A stretch of DNA of 64,000 nt from a virus (taxonomy: Duplodnaviria > Heunggongvirae > Uroviricota > Caudoviricetes): IMG/VR virus record IMGVR_UViG_3300038450_000150; one strand, written 5' to 3'. Shown piece after piece: positions 9,433-19,181 of the stretch. The position numbers were made by a program, and so were the translations under genes. Positions within the stretch are counted from its first letter, which is position 1; each line of letters begins with the position of its first letter. The notes under the pieces were generated by a model, which saw only the letters and a list, made by a program, of their open reading frames with translations, made no database searches and was not told the DNA's origin.

Positions 9433-9820
9433 CTTTGTATTTCACCTCTAGAATTCCAGGCACACTTTTAATTCCTTCTAGAACCCTATCCTTGTGCATT
9501 TCCTTGCAAACAAGTTCAAGTGTGTACTTTTTCTTTGGTGTGTCACCAAGAATATGTTCCCAGAGCTCAGGTACATATCGTTCCATATGTGGGGAATCTG
9601 CTCGGAAATTGTATATGTCCTTACCAGACTCATCTATGGTAAAATCTGAATAGATTTGACCCCAAGAACGAAGTTCCTTCCAGGCTTCATCAAATTCACG
9701 ATTGGTTATCTCAAGTGGTTTAAAGATATCAAAACACTGTTCTTTTGTCATTGGTCCTTTATCATTAAGAACCATTGCTATTGCCATACCTAGAGAGAAT
9801 GGACCAATCTTTGGGGGCAT
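9422..9820 (-). CDS. hypothetical protein (132 aa)
   Basis: ORF. Promoter motif at 9860-9875. Confidence 0.4.
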   Translation of the reverse strand: MPPKIGPFSLGMAIAMVLNDKGPMTKEQCFDIFKPLEITNREFDEAWKELRSWGQIYSDFTIDESGKDIYNFRADSPHMERYVPELWEHILGDTPKKKYTLELVCKEMHKDRVLEGIKSVPGILEVKYKDET

Positions 9821-9923
9821 CTATTACACCATCTGTTCAGTAAATGGTGTTTGTTAGAATTTATAAATATTTGGAATTTTAGTAATCTAATTCAAAAAAA
9901 TGAAGTTTTGAAATTAATTAGTT

Positions 9924-10244
9924 TTACAGGCTAAGAATTGTCTTTCCTTTTGTAGAAAGAACATAACCGCCACGATCAATTCGTTCTGTATAACCACGTG
10001 CCTTGAGTTGATACATCATAGTACGTACACTGTCTACTGGAGCTTTGATCTTCTCAGATATCTTTGGTATGGTAGAAGGATTATCTGGTGTTTCTTCACT
10101 AATTGTTTTCATAGCGAGAAGTATATTACGCTGTTGTGTCGTAATCTTCTCATCTGTATCAATACCTAACGGCAGACCACACTCACCACAGAACTTGGCA
10201 ACTGATGTCTCTTTCCCACATTTGGGGCAAACTACTGTGTCCAT
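9924..10244 (-). CDS. Zn-ribbon plus winged-helix transcription regulator (106 aa)
   Basis: N-terminal CPKCGK...CGEC ribbon. C-terminal wHTH-like segment (SVRTMMYQLKARGYTER). Confidence 0.5.
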   Translation of the reverse strand: MDTVVCPKCGKETSVAKFCGECGLPLGIDTDEKITTQQRNILLAMKTISEETPDNPSTIPKISEKIKAPVDSVRTMMYQLKARGYTERIDRGGYVLSTKGKTILSL

Positions 10245-10335
10245 CTAATGAACCTCTTTAGTGTATGTAGAATATGTGTATGTGTTTATAAAGATTATCG
10301 TAAAAATTATAAATATTGATAAAAAAGGAATTGGA

Positions 10336-11088
10336 TTACTTCTTCCTAAAGATGTTTAGTACAAGATCAACAACACAGAACGCTATCGCTATTACCGAGA
10401 GCAATGTGCTCCATATAGGTGCAGAATCACCTTGTGCGCCTGTTGCTCCAGTAAGTCCTACTGGACCTTGAACTCCCTGAATGCCTTGGATGCCTTGTGC
10501 GCCTGTTAATCCAGTCGCTCCTGTTGCGCCTGTGTCACCCTTATCACCTTTGATACCTTGAATTCCCTGATCTCCTTTTTGTCCCTGTGAACCAACTGGA
10601 CCAACTGGGCCTTGTGGACCCCTTGCTCCAGTAGCACCAGTGGAACCAGTTGCACCAGTTTCACCAGTAGAACCTGTCGCACCCGTTGCTCCAGTGGAAC
10701 CAGTCGCTCCAGTATCTCCCTTGGGACCAGGCGTTAGTTGAATGTTTCCAATTTCAGTCTGGAGATTTGTAATCTGTGTTTGTAGGCTATCAAGCCTTGT
10801 TTGAATTACAGAATCACCATCTGTACACTTCTCGATATCCTCAACTTCAGATGTTAATGCAGCTAGTTGGGACTTCAACTGTAGGAGAAGTGTTTGGTCA
10901 CAGTTGTTTGTTAGTGCATTTATCTTAACATTCAGAGCGTTAATCTGATTCTGTAGATCAGTAATTTGCCCTGGAATGCCATTGTTGTTATTATTTCCAT
11001 CATCACACGCAAGAGCGTGTGGAACAACAAGAACCGACATTAAAAATAGGCATACTATGCCTATTAATCCTCTCTTTTTGATCATCAT
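10336..11088 (-). CDS. collagen-like repeat membrane protein (250 aa)
   Basis: Signal/TM N-terminus, heptad coiled coil, about 45 G-x-y triplets ([13 protein letters not shown]...[10 protein letters not shown]), C-terminal TM helix. Confidence 0.65.
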   Translation of the reverse strand: MMIKKRGLIGIVCLFLMSVLVVPHALACDDGNNNNNGIPGQITDLQNQINALNVKINALTNNCDQTLLLQLKSQLAALTSEVEDIEKCTDGDSVIQTRLDSLQTQITNLQTEIGNIQLTPGPKGDTGATGSTGATGATGSTGETGATGSTGATGARGPQGPVGPVGSQGQKGDQGIQGIKGDKGDTGATGATGLTGAQGIQGIQGVQGPVGLTGATGAQGDSAPIWSTLLSVIAIAFCVVDLVLNIFRKK

Positions 11089-11116
11089 TTTACTCGTATC
11101 ATATGATATGTGTGAG

Positions 11117-11135
11117 TTTATAAATATTTGGATTA
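11117..11135 (-). promoter_or_regulatory. BRE/TATA-like promoter motif
   Basis: tttataaatatttggatta, 28 nt upstream of the start at 11088. Confidence 0.55.
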
Positions 11136-11423
11136 TGGTCCTGCAAAAACATAGTCACATTTGGTACATTTGTAGTACCATTTGTGTGTTGTCAAGCCTA
11201 TGTCAAGGAGTTTTATATCTTTTGAATTGGTATCACAGTTCGGACATTTCAGGTTGACATCAACTGGTCTTATATATGGATCAAGATTGAATTCAAGAAG
11301 TTTGTCGTTTATATCTGTGATTTTCTTGCCAAAAACCTTGGCCATTTCTATAGTACTTTTGTTCTCAGTGTACATATCAACTAATTTGACTTCATCCTCT
11401 TTCGTCCAAGACATTCTTATCAT
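11133..11423 (-). CDS. Zn-ribbon protein (96 aa)
   Basis: CPNCD...CTKCDY. Promoter motif at 11449. Confidence 0.4.
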   Translation of the reverse strand: MIRMSWTKEDEVKLVDMYTENKSTIEMAKVFGKKITDINDKLLEFNLDPYIRPVDVNLKCPNCDTNSKDIKLLDIGLTTHKWYYKCTKCDYVFAGP

Positions 11424-11465
11424 TCCACATACAGTTTTGTATGTGAATTTATAAATATTTGGAAT

Positions 11466-11711
11466 TTAGGATTCTGCTGCTTTCTTAGATTCATTAATAA
11501 TTTCCATAGTTGTCTTGTCGAGTTTGTAATCTTTGAGATCTGGATCGTCTAGGATATAATGATCCATCCAGTCCTCATCATTCATCGACCTATTCCACCT
11601 TTCTTTTCTATATTTCTTATAGACATTCCCACAGGTGCAATAGATTATTACATATTCGTGTAGGCTAACTGACATTCTTGATTCAGATAAACCACATACT
11701 GGACAACCCAA
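11466..11711 (-). CDS. Zn-ribbon protein (81 aa)
   Basis: CPVCG...CTCGN. Confidence 0.35.
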   Translation of the reverse strand: MGCPVCGLSESRMSVSLHEYVIIYCTCGNVYKKYRKERWNRSMNDEDWMDHYILDDPDLKDYKLDKTTMEIINESKKAAES

Positions 11712-11921
11712 TTACTTCTGCTCTCCCCTTAATTTCCAACCAGCTTTGAATCCTTCCCAACGAGTAAGATGTTCAGAAAAGTCTGAGTTGCAAATTGTCC
11801 CATCCTGAATCTCCTTAAAAGTTTCTGGGAAAGCCTGGGCATAGGCATCTGCAATTTTCTTTTTATCTGGTGGTAATTCATCATATGTCATAAGACCATT
11901 TTCGTCTGGCATTGATATCAA
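11712..11921 (-). CDS. hypothetical protein (69 aa)
   Basis: ORF. Promoter motif at 11943-11962, 21 nt upstream. Confidence 0.3.
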   Translation of the reverse strand: MISMPDENGLMTYDELPPDKKKIADAYAQAFPETFKEIQDGTICNSDFSEHLTRWEGFKAGWKLRGEQK

Positions 11922-11958
11922 AGAGGATAAGTAAGTATGAATTTATAAATATTGTGGT

Positions 11959-12435
11959 TTAGTGGTTATGTTCTTTTCTTTGTTTATCCCATTTATCGTG
12001 TTCTTGGTAGTTAAATGTGCTTGTGCCTTTTTCTTTTAATTGTTTGATATGATCGTTCATAAGTGGAACAAGACGGTTGCCTTCTTTAATATCATATCTA
12101 AGTTCAGTGGTGATTCTTTTTAGACGTTCTTTATCTTGTTCTATTTTCTTCTGAAGCCACTTGAGATCCTCTTCTGATTTTTTAATTCTGCCTTGAACAA
12201 TTACTGGCTCAAGACTTTTACCTGTGCAATCTTGGCACACCAGTGCATCCTCATTACATTCTGGTGTTCTTATTGTGCGTTCCTCATATGGTTTGAGGAT
12301 AGTTCTCCCAACTGTATGATATCCTTTGTGGTAATCATCTTCCATAACTCTACGAAGGACAGGTGTACCACAAACATCACATAATTCTATAATCACATCT
12401 TCTGATTCCTTTATCATCTTTGTCATCTTACCCAC
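11959..12435 (-). CDS. Zn-finger / coiled-coil protein (158 aa)
   Basis: CDVCG...CQDC followed by a Lys/Glu-rich coiled coil. Confidence 0.4.
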   Translation of the reverse strand: MGKMTKMIKESEDVIIELCDVCGTPVLRRVMEDDYHKGYHTVGRTILKPYEERTIRTPECNEDALVCQDCTGKSLEPVIVQGRIKKSEEDLKWLQKKIEQDKERLKRITTELRYDIKEGNRLVPLMNDHIKQLKEKGTSTFNYQEHDKWDKQRKEHNH

Positions 12436-12737
12436 TCTCCTCTAACACCAATTTTCTTTTTAAATAATTCATAATCAATATTTAGGCATTGTGAATGAGC
12501 ATAATTTCCGTCAAATCTCATTCCAAACCCATTGACTGGTTTGTCACAGAATATACATTTGACTCCGTAAACCTTTGCCCTCTTGAACTCATCGTGTCTT
12601 GCTCTTAGCCATAAGAGCCTAGTTTCGTGATCATTATCGTGGTCACATTTAGGGCAATTGTCACCCAGCATTGGATAATATTGCGTACCACAGGCGTGAC
12701 AAATGTCTGGGTAACGCTCATCGTGAACGACTACCAT
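12423..12737 (-). CDS. Zn-finger protein (104 aa)
   Basis: CHACG...CPKCDH...CIFCD. TATA variant at 12761. Confidence 0.4.
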   Translation of the reverse strand: MVVVHDERYPDICHACGTQYYPMLGDNCPKCDHDNDHETRLLWLRARHDEFKRAKVYGVKCIFCDKPVNGFGMRFDGNYAHSQCLNIDYELFKKKIGVRGEWVR

Positions 12738-12770
12738 TTGATAAAAAATAGGTTTATGAAGTTATAAACA

Positions 12771-14681
12771 TTAGCCTAAATTAGTCCATTGCCTTGTATG
12801 GAACTCAACTTGTTTCATCTTATTCCAACTTGAGACAGGGACAAAGTATCCGACTATTCTGGTCATCCAGTCAAGTTCGTTTGAGCCACAAACTGGGCAA
12901 GTATTGTAGACACCCATCGAGTTGTGTCCTTTCTTACAGAGTGTGAATCCACGATTCAAGGCAAACTGCACGAGATCTGTGTTCTTGATTAGTCTGTCCT
13001 GGACTTTGAATCCATTGATCTCATCCATCGAGCCAAGGATATTGAGGTGCGCCATACTTCCACCAGTAGTTGTGTTCTGGAACTTGCCCTCAACCTCAAC
13101 TCTCTTACCCATAGGAATGTCATAACTTAGTGGGACAAACTGGCTGTTGTAGAACTGTTTTGTTGCTGTCTCAGGGAATTTGATTTTATCCTTTGCTGCT
13201 AGAAGTCCAGACGCACTTTCTGCTGGAACCTCTTCGATGTTGTACATTACGCCATCTTCGTGGGAGAACTGAACTGATAATTGCTTCATAAGGGATAGTA
13301 TTTTCAGACCTTGTGCCTGTCCTTCACCCTCTGTAATGGTTCCACCCATATACTCAATAGCATCTGCAAAGCCAACAAAGCCTATGGTGCTGAAGAAATT
13401 GGAATCAAGATTGAGTATTCCGTTCCTGAAGAATTCGTGGTACTTTACACGTCTTGCTCCTAGAATGTCTCTTCTGTGAACAAAGAGAAGCTGTCTAGCC
13501 TGACCAACACGATCAACTAGTAGTCTCTCGAACTCAGCCCAATTTCCCTTTGCCTCTAGTGCTATCCTTGGGAGATTGACCGTAACAACAGCGTGTGAAC
13601 CTAGAGTTAGGAAACTGCCAAAGGTGTTGTTGACCTTCATCTTCAACATATCCTCTATGTCGAGAGTTAGCTTGCAACACATAGATAATTTCTTCAAGTC
13701 TGTGTTCATATTTCTAAGAATGTTTAGGAAACAGAAGTCCTTGTTGAGTGTGAGGATCCTGTGATACTCTTCTGGATATTCCTTCTCCATTGAAGGATCA
13801 ATTACCAGAGTTGTTATCGGGAAACGATAAGGCAGATTCTGTAATTTCTTATCTGGACCAACCATACCCTTTGCAAGGAACTCTAGGAAGATCATCTGGT
13901 TCCTCATAATCTCGTCTATTAAATCTCCAATCTTGTAGTCTGAGTCTGGCCAGATATAATCTGCAAACATCGACCTCATAGTCTCTGGACTTAGGATACT
14001 GACGTTTGTGAATGGAGATTGACCTGAGAGGCGTTCCTTATCGGACACACCGTGAACTAGATTTTGCATATCGTTTAGTCTGGATTCATCTGGATAGTTG
14101 CCAACCATCTTTGTGAAGTAACTGTAGTTTACGAAGAAATCTGTGAGTGCTGTCGCTCCAGCAAAGCAATTTGCAGCAGCCTGGATTAGTCGAGCAGTTA
14201 GATTTGTGAAACTTGCTGGACGCTTTGGTGGTAGAGTTGGAACATCACTAAATTGAACTTGACCATAGAGTAAAGGAGTTGTTGAAAGCCCTATACAATA
14301 TGGGAGCTGGTAGAGAGTTGAGTTGTGGATGTAGAGTGCGCCATTGAATACATCACCGATTAACTCATCACCATTGTATTTCCTGCGGTTTGCATATCTC
14401 CTGTAGAGATAATAGCAACTAAGTTTTTCAATGGGATTGTTTACTTCGGTGATTTGATTCACAAAACTCTTCTTCTCTCCAGTATTGCCAAGATTGGCAT
14501 TGGGATTGATTGTAACAGCATCTACTGGTTGCGACCAGTAATCTCTCCTAAGTTTGAAAGGATTGATATTTCCCAAGCCATCCATTTTTATAAGGTCATA
14601 ATCAACATCTGCAAGATAGTCTGCAAATTCCTCATCAAAAGTTCCAAGTATATTTCTGAATTTCAGTTCATCACGATTCAT
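12771..14681 (-). CDS. nrdD: anaerobic ribonucleoside-triphosphate reductase (class III RNR)
   Basis: 636 aa. C-terminal Zn ribbon C...H...CPVCGS followed by the glycyl-radical motif RIVGYF. Confidence 0.85.
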   Translation of the reverse strand: MNRDELKFRNILGTFDEEFADYLADVDYDLIKMDGLGNINPFKLRRDYWSQPVDAVTINPNANLGNTGEKKSFVNQITEVNNPIEKLSCYYLYRRYANRRKYNGDELIGDVFNGALYIHNSTLYQLPYCIGLSTTPLLYGQVQFSDVPTLPPKRPASFTNLTARLIQAAANCFAGATALTDFFVNYSYFTKMVGNYPDESRLNDMQNLVHGVSDKERLSGQSPFTNVSILSPETMRSMFADYIWPDSDYKIGDLIDEIMRNQMIFLEFLAKGMVGPDKKLQNLPYRFPITTLVIDPSMEKEYPEEYHRILTLNKDFCFLNILRNMNTDLKKLSMCCKLTLDIEDMLKMKVNNTFGSFLTLGSHAVVTVNLPRIALEAKGNWAEFERLLVDRVGQARQLLFVHRRDILGARRVKYHEFFRNGILNLDSNFFSTIGFVGFADAIEYMGGTITEGEGQAQGLKILSLMKQLSVQFSHEDGVMYNIEEVPAESASGLLAAKDKIKFPETATKQFYNSQFVPLSYDIPMGKRVEVEGKFQNTTTGGSMAHLNILGSMDEINGFKVQDRLIKNTDLVQFALNRGFTLCKKGHNSMGVYNTCPVCGSNELDWMTRIVGYFVPVSSWNKMKQVEFHTRQWTNLG

Positions 14682-14804
14682 TTTTGGTCAACCAGTTTGT
14701 CTGCCGATAAGCATCGTAGCTATGGTACGAGAGCATATAAATATTATCAGGTCATTATCAAATGAAGAAAATTTATTATAAAAAAATTATGTGGGTGTTT
14801 ATAA

Positions 14805-14874
14805 TTCACCCACCTTTACTTTACTTCACTATACTAAACTCTACAAGACTTCACAACACACTACATTACTATAC
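14805..14874. repeat. G-free pentamer-periodic tract (NNNAC)x13 on the + strand, i.e. (GTNNN)n on the gene strand
   Basis: ttcac ccacc tttac tttac ttcac tatac taaac tctac aagac ttcac aacac actac attac tatac, with AC every 5 nt. Lies upstream of the nrdD leader. Confidence 0.6.
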
Positions 14875-14922
14875 TTCATTAAATTAATAACCATATATTA
14901 CATTTATAAATATTATCACCTA

Positions 14923-15390
14923 TTATATTCTTCCACCAAATTGCATACAAACAACACCGTTTGCACGTAATCCTTCTACGATTGTTGGAGAATCGTCAAA
15001 ATAAACATAAACACCTCTCTCACGAATAATCTTTAACTTTCTTTGGACAATATCATCCTGCCATTCTTTCCAAAGTCCTTTGTTTTTTAATTCTATATCT
15101 TGCCCAACTATCTCAAGTGAAAATTCTGGGAAATATTTGGCAACCCAACGTTTGGTGAGTTGAACCAATTTTTCATCCAAAAAATCCCTTGCGGTGATAA
15201 TAATTCCCTTATCTCCTTCGTGCATATATTCTTTCACGGAGAAAATTGGTTTTACTTGTCTATAAAAAAGTTCATATTCAAACTTTCTTTCATCTGGATT
15301 TGGATTCATATCAATTAAACGAAGTTTAACCGAATCTGTATCTCCAAGGCAACCGTCTAGGTCGAATCCGATAAGTTTTCCGCTATTCAA
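14923..15390 (-). CDS. HAD-superfamily phosphatase, 5'(3')-deoxyribonucleotidase-like
   Basis: N-terminal GFDLDGCLGD (HAD motif I, DxDG). 155 aa. Confidence 0.5.
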   Translation of the reverse strand: MNSGKLIGFDLDGCLGDTDSVKLRLIDMNPNPDERKFEYELFYRQVKPIFSVKEYMHEGDKGIIITARDFLDEKLVQLTKRWVAKYFPEFSLEIVGQDIELKNKGLWKEWQDDIVQRKLKIIRERGVYVYFDDSPTIVEGLRANGVVCMQFGGRI

Positions 15391-15395
15391 TTAAA

Positions 15396-15758
15396 TCACA
15401 TTCCTTTAATATTCTTCTCTATGTACTTGTCACAAGCACCTATTGAAAAATTCTTTCCACCTTCACCACCCTTACAAGTATTTGCACAGTCATCACACAT
15501 ACTGCCATAACAGGCAAGATCGGCTGTCGGACATCCATCTCTGATTGGGCAAGCACCCTTTGGATACTTACCTCTGTGACAATTCTCTCTTATTATTAAT
15601 TGTTCTGGATTGAGCTTTGCTAGGAATGCCTTCTCTGTGCATTCACAACGGTGTTCACTACCGTGCGGAAATGGCTTTCCATTGCCAAAATCCCAGCAAT
15701 ACTCTTCACATTGTCCACCACATTTGGGGCAAATCCAAGTGCATCTTTTAAGACTCAA
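15396..15758 (-). CDS. Cys-rich protein (120 aa, about 20 Cys)
   Basis: Multiple CxxC/CxC clusters. Sits between the HAD and nuclease genes. Confidence 0.4.
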   Translation of the reverse strand: MSLKRCTWICPKCGGQCEEYCWDFGNGKPFPHGSEHRCECTEKAFLAKLNPEQLIIRENCHRGKYPKGACPIRDGCPTADLACYGSMCDDCANTCKGGEGGKNFSIGACDKYIEKNIKGM

Positions 15759-16008
15759 CGTTGAACTCTCCTACTTCTGTTTCGCTCGAACATTTATCAC
15801 ACATACCTTGTTTCAGGTAGTAGTCGTAAAATGGCATAGGTATCTTGCATATATCACAGGGAATATCTGGTAACTCTATCTGTGATAGCATTTCTTCTAT
15901 TGGCTCAAACCAGAATTGAGCAATGTTTGGATCAACTTCGTTGAGAGCCAGCATTACTTGTTCACAGGCGTGAACATCATGTAGGCTTGGTCTAAATTTT
16001 GTTGGCAT
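15748..16008 (-). CDS. hypothetical protein (86 aa)
   Basis: ORF with C-x-C...CDKC. Confidence 0.3.
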   Translation of the reverse strand: MPTKFRPSLHDVHACEQVMLALNEVDPNIAQFWFEPIEEMLSQIELPDIPCDICKIPMPFYDYYLKQGMCDKCSSETEVGEFNVES

Positions 16009-16808
16009 TATTGTTCACTCTCTATGTACATACTATGAAGATGATTGTAAAGTGCTTTACCAAGAACTGGACCAACACCTTCACAAACTAAATCTTTTGC
16101 TTCCATTTCAGACATTAGGGAAATAGAACCAAACTTCTTGAGCAGAGCACGTGCCTTTGCCTCTCCTATTCCTTCACAACCCATCAGGGTCATAATTAAA
16201 CGCCTATTTGTGTTGTTTTTCTCTGCAACCTGGGGAAGGACAAGTGTGGGTTCTCTTATCAAACCGTTCTCATCGTCTAACTTTTTCTGGACGCATTGGA
16301 TAAGCAGACCTAAATCTTCTGTGCTTTCCAGCATTATGAGTGAGATTGATCCCTGTTCTCCGTCCTTGGCGTGTCTGAGGAATGCACCAGCAAGGGAAGA
16401 ATAAACAGAAGTTCTGTTGACTCCTGTTTTCTCGATTGCTCTGTTTATTGAGCCAACGTAGACTATGGCTGAATGCTTGGCAACCTGTGACATTCGAATT
16501 AACTGATCATTGAGGTGTTCGGTGATTAGGGATTGTATCCAGTCGAGCTCGGATTTGTGTTCGATAATGTATAGGATTACATCTCCATTCTGACCACTGA
16601 GTTGTATTGGAATTGGTTTTCCAAATATCCAGTAGTCACAGACATCAAGTTGTCTAAGCTGATATGGTAAGTTGAGTCTACCTAGGACACCAAGAATCTC
16701 TGTTGGAATCTCACGATTATCTACGAATATCATACTATAAATCTCCTCAACAACAAGAAAACTACAACAACAATGATAACTGCTGCTGTTGTATCTATGA
16801 CTATCCAC
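16008..16808 (-). CDS. XPF/Hef/Mus81-family (ERCC4) nuclease with C-terminal HhH2
   Basis: VDNREIP...DYWI...IEHKSELDWIQSL resembles the ERCC4 VDxRE / ERKS block. C-terminal GIGEAKARALLKKFGS...GVGPVLGKALY reads as helix-hairpin-helix pairs. Confidence 0.6.
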   Translation of the reverse strand: MDSHRYNSSSYHCCCSFLVVEEIYSMIFVDNREIPTEILGVLGRLNLPYQLRQLDVCDYWIFGKPIPIQLSGQNGDVILYIIEHKSELDWIQSLITEHLNDQLIRMSQVAKHSAIVYVGSINRAIEKTGVNRTSVYSSLAGAFLRHAKDGEQGSISLIMLESTEDLGLLIQCVQKKLDDENGLIREPTLVLPQVAEKNNTNRRLIMTLMGCEGIGEAKARALLKKFGSISLMSEMEAKDLVCEGVGPVLGKALYNHLHSMYIESEQ

Positions 16809-16820
16809 TTCCCTTTAAGT

Positions 16821-17057
16821 TCAGGCATAATATATTACCTTCCTTTTGCAGTGTGGGCAGATAAACTCTTCTCCAGGCTTTGCAATTTTTGTTACATCTT
16901 GAAAACAATAACCACAGTATCTTCTTTCTGAGAATGGAATATAATCATCTGGATATAACTTATCTGCCATATTTGCCCAAGCAACAATAATTAATACAAT
17001 GAATCCGATCAAACAAAGCAAGAGAAGAAGGATAATCAGAGATGGCAATAATCTCAC
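16821..17057 (-). CDS. small membrane protein with Zn ribbon (78 aa)
   Basis: Hydrophobic N-terminal helix plus CGYC...CPHC. Confidence 0.35.
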   Translation of the reverse strand: MRLLPSLIILLLLLCLIGFIVLIIVAWANMADKLYPDDYIPFSERRYCGYCFQDVTKIAKPGEEFICPHCKRKVIYYA

Positions 17058-17482
17058 CTATCAGAGTAACTTCCTTCTGAGAGTGGTGAGTGTACAATCG
17101 AGCAGTATCCTGGCATCGATGTGCTTTCGTTAAATACCTTGACGTAATTTACGTATCGATCTGAGTTCTGGTAGGCCATAAGCATCGAGTTCACATGGCT
17201 CTCAATGTCTGGGATATCCTCTAGACTACTTAGATGGATTTGTGGATATGGATCGGTAGAGTTTGGATTGTATTTGTGAAACTTGGTTGGATAGTACATC
17301 ACAACCACAGACTTTATCTCACCGTTCCAGACATTCATTGAGATGCCCTGAATTGAGAGGTTACGCAGGGTGTTCAGACGTTTGTTTACAGCATTGGATA
17401 TCTTGGCTAGATATTCATTAAATGCACTACCATCGTAATGAATGTCGAGATCTTCCAAGTTTATAACCATAAGTTGAATCAA
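17054..17482 (-). CDS. hypothetical protein (142 aa)
   Basis: ORF. Confidence 0.35.
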   Translation of the reverse strand: MIQLMVINLEDLDIHYDGSAFNEYLAKISNAVNKRLNTLRNLSIQGISMNVWNGEIKSVVVMYYPTKFHKYNPNSTDPYPQIHLSSLEDIPDIESHVNSMLMAYQNSDRYVNYVKVFNESTSMPGYCSIVHSPLSEGSYSDR

Positions 17483-17661
17483 TATAGAACAGGCTCCTGT
17501 GGATGTTCGAACATTCCCTCAAGCCAGTTGTACAATGGTGTGATTGATGATTCAACATCGTCTGGCTTTTTTATGTTTTCGGTCTTGACCAGTTGTTGAT
17601 AAAGTTTTAGAAGTTCCTGTTTTTCTACCTTAGTAAGCAGATCTTCTGGTTTTGTAGACAT
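17479..17661 (-). CDS. hypothetical protein (60 aa)
   Basis: ORF. TTTATAAA at 17691, 29 nt upstream. Confidence 0.25.
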   Translation of the reverse strand: MSTKPEDLLTKVEKQELLKLYQQLVKTENIKKPDDVESSITPLYNWLEGMFEHPQEPVLY

Positions 17662-17725
17662 ATATGATCGAAAGAGATACGATATGAAAGTTTATAAATA
17701 TTATCTGTTTCACGACTACTAGGTT

Positions 17726-18028
17726 TTACACCAACAGATTGCCCTGACCTTTCTTTGTTAGTTCGAATAGATGAACTACATATGGACCAGCAGGGGTTTC
17801 ATAGCTGTCTGAGCCTATGTAATAGAGATATGATGGATCGATCTGTATTGGTTGACCAGTTTCAACTAGCCAGAAGTTGCGCTCTTCCTCTGGTTTTTCT
17901 ATGTCAACAAATGCCCATAGACAGGGTATCTTGTTCTGGAATTTAAATGAAAGAATTTTTGTTCCTTTTGGCATTTTGATTCTTGGGTGATCTGTGTCTG
18001 GTAATTGATATTTCCAAATCCTCAACAT
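17726..18028 (-). CDS. hypothetical protein (100 aa)
   Basis: ORF. Confidence 0.35.
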   Translation of the reverse strand: MLRIWKYQLPDTDHPRIKMPKGTKILSFKFQNKIPCLWAFVDIEKPEEERNFWLVETGQPIQIDPSYLYYIGSDSYETPAGPYVVHLFELTKKGQGNLLV

Positions 18029-18324
18029 TAGTTTTTCACCTCCTTCAGTTTTTCTAATGTTATAGACTCATAATGTGTTTGAACCAGTGCTAATTTGAAT
18101 GAGGAATGGAAAGGCTCTAAATAGAAAAGCTGATCAAGACCAAGATTTAAAGTATAAGTTGTCGAGAGTCCACCCATAACATATGTTATTTGTAGACCTA
18201 TGCACTTTGATACAATCGATGGTCCAGTGTAAACAATTATCCAAAAATTCATTGGGCTAATCTCAAGAATCATTGGATGCCCTAGGTCGAGTGAAACTGT
18301 TCCATCATCAACTTTTTTGCTCAC
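18028..18324 (-). CDS. hypothetical protein (98 aa)
   Basis: ORF. Confidence 0.3.
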   Translation of the reverse strand: MSKKVDDGTVSLDLGHPMILEISPMNFWIIVYTGPSIVSKCIGLQITYVMGGLSTTYTLNLGLDQLFYLEPFHSSFKLALVQTHYESITLEKLKEVKN

Positions 18325-18839
18325 TTAAACCACTCCTGTAGATTTTCCTCTTTTGCTTTGCCAACCATTGCTATTCTGTAAACTACATCTGTTGGATTTT
18401 TGGGAATAAGTAAACCGTGAATTCTACACGTGGAGAAGATATTAACTCCATACATCTCTGGTCTAAGCATAAATATATTGTTATTTGGAGTGTGTACAAC
18501 AATGTATTCTGTATCATCTTTGAGTAGTTTATCTTGGTGTGATTGCCAGAGCCTTGAGTTTCGGCATTGCTTCTCTGTCCAAGTCGGGAACTTCTCCTTC
18601 ATTTTCTTGGCGTGTGCGCTCAAGTCGAAGGTTCGAATTACAAAATAGTAAGGTGGATCTATTATTGTTGACCATAAAGGAAATTTATCACAGCGTTCAC
18701 ATTGTGGGCATCCATTTGGATTTCCTTGATATGGTAAGTGACACCACTTTTTGACATATTCACCACCTATGACTCTCTTGAGCATAAGAAGTATGAGGTT
18801 GTCGTTCAGGATATTAAAGACTCCAGGCTCTATAGGCAT
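18321..18839 (-). CDS. hypothetical protein (172 aa)
   Basis: ORF with CPQCERC. Confidence 0.4.
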   Translation of the reverse strand: MPIEPGVFNILNDNLILLMLKRVIGGEYVKKWCHLPYQGNPNGCPQCERCDKFPLWSTIIDPPYYFVIRTFDLSAHAKKMKEKFPTWTEKQCRNSRLWQSHQDKLLKDDTEYIVVHTPNNNIFMLRPEMYGVNIFSTCRIHGLLIPKNPTDVVYRIAMVGKAKEENLQEWFK

Positions 18840-19181
18840 TTAGATTTCCTTCCAATCATTTGTGTATAATTTTGCACGATACTTACCAACTTTGAAACTT
18901 CCAGTGGAAATTGCTATTTGCAAAACAAACTGCAAGTCTCTATATATTTCCATCATTCTTGTTTCAACATCATCTGAGTAACCACCATTTTCATCTGGTT
19001 CTATTCCAAGTATTCTTCCTATATCACCAAACACATATGAGTTACCAAATGGCCGTTTTGGGTCGATTGATGGTGCTCCAAATTCTGTGTCTGTCCAGTC
19101 CACATATAGTTCCTTTAGAAGTTTGATATGATTTCTTTTGATTTCAAAATATTGATATTTATCGTCCTTAGTTCTTGGCAT
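18840..19181 (-). CDS. hypothetical protein (113 aa)
   Basis: ORF. Confidence 0.35.
   Translation of the reverse strand: MPRTKDDKYQYFEIKRNHIKLLKELYVDWTDTEFGAPSIDPKRPFGNSYVFGDIGRILGIEPDENGGYSDDVETRMMEIYRDLQFVLQIAISTGSFKVGKYRAKLYTNDWKEI

Noticed and set aside
9840-9923. AT-rich intergenic region with A-tracts, as a possible origin
   Set aside because: It contains only the standard promoter plus oligo-A. No iterons or inverted repeats beyond the motif.
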